This document shows positions 63,421 through 64,000 of a stretch of DNA of 64,000 nucleotides, in pieces. Both the position numbers and the translations under genes were made by a program. The notes under the pieces were generated by a model. That model saw only the letters and a list, made by a program, of their open reading frames with translations. It was not told the origin of the DNA and ran no database searches. How positions within the stretch are numbered: the stretch's first letter is position 1; each line of letters starts with the position of its first letter. This DNA comes from Octopus vulgaris (Eukaryota), in the NCBI GenBank assembly GCA_951406725.2, contig OX597817.1:139686001-139750000 (forward strand), read 5' to 3'.

Positions 63421-63652
63421 CTGTTTCTTTATTACCCACAAAGGGCTAAACATAGAGGGGACAAACAAGGACAAACGGATTTAGTCGATTACATCGACCT
63501 CATTGCATAACTGGTACTTAATTTATCGACCCCGAAAGGATGAAAGGCAAAGTAGACCTCGGCGGAATTTGAACTCAGAATGTAACGGCAGACGACATAC
63601 CGCTAAGTATTTCACCTGGCTTGCTAATGATTCTGCCAGCTCGCCGCCGCCT
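63421..63652 (-). mobile_element. SINE family A, full length
   Basis: Reverse complement of the 12512-12746 family including head AAGGCGGCGGCGAGCTGGCAGAATCATTAGC. Confidence 0.88.
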
Positions 63653-64000
63653 TATATATACACTGGATATATATCCTCATAGCCCCAGCAGTAGAGAGAT
63701 TGTTAATTCCTTGACAAGTCTAAAGGGTGCTCTCAGCCACTTCAGGGTGTGCAGTGGGGATGCTAGTACTATGAGAGTACTTTGTTTTCATACCCTGTGA
63801 CATTAAAGAATTCTAAGATTTGTCCTCTTATGACAACATGCCTGACAAAATGAATTCTGGAGATGTTTGTCAGTATCAGATTATTTCTCTGTCACATACA
63901 AATGTCAATAAGATGGTTTTACTTTTTAATTCCAAATTTCTTTTGAGTAACTGGTTGTTGAAATATTTGTAGTCATCTATGCACTTATGTGTGTGTATAT

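Overview
AT-rich, repeat-dense eukaryotic (animal) genomic DNA. The repeat families and microsatellite load suggest an octopus or other coleoid cephalopod; this is inference, not verified. The window holds the 5' part of one + strand gene, sorting nexin 14 (SNX14). I reconstructed 17 GT-AG coding exons by hand between 316 and 45245. They join in one open frame (1406 nt, 468 codons + 2 nt) and encode two N-terminal TM helices, the PXA domain and the RGS domain. The PX and PXC exons must lie beyond the window; one candidate 42-nt cassette exon sits at 57522-57563. The introns carry degenerate RTE LINEs (some with a PHD finger inside the RT region) and roughly 30 RTE 3' tails with hairpin arrays. 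They also hold two full-length mariners, Helitron-like and piggyBac-like non-autonomous elements, R4/Dong and CR1 fragments, and several tRNA-derived SINE families. The most unusual signal is a set of asymmetric palindromic insertions carrying minimal hammerhead-ribozyme motifs of the Penelope-like-element type. One family has a tRNA-derived Pol III head, making it a candidate ribozyme-bearing, Penelope-mobilised SINE. Almost all ORFs in the supplied track are spurious or TE fragments. TE boundaries are approximate unless TIRs or TSDs are given.
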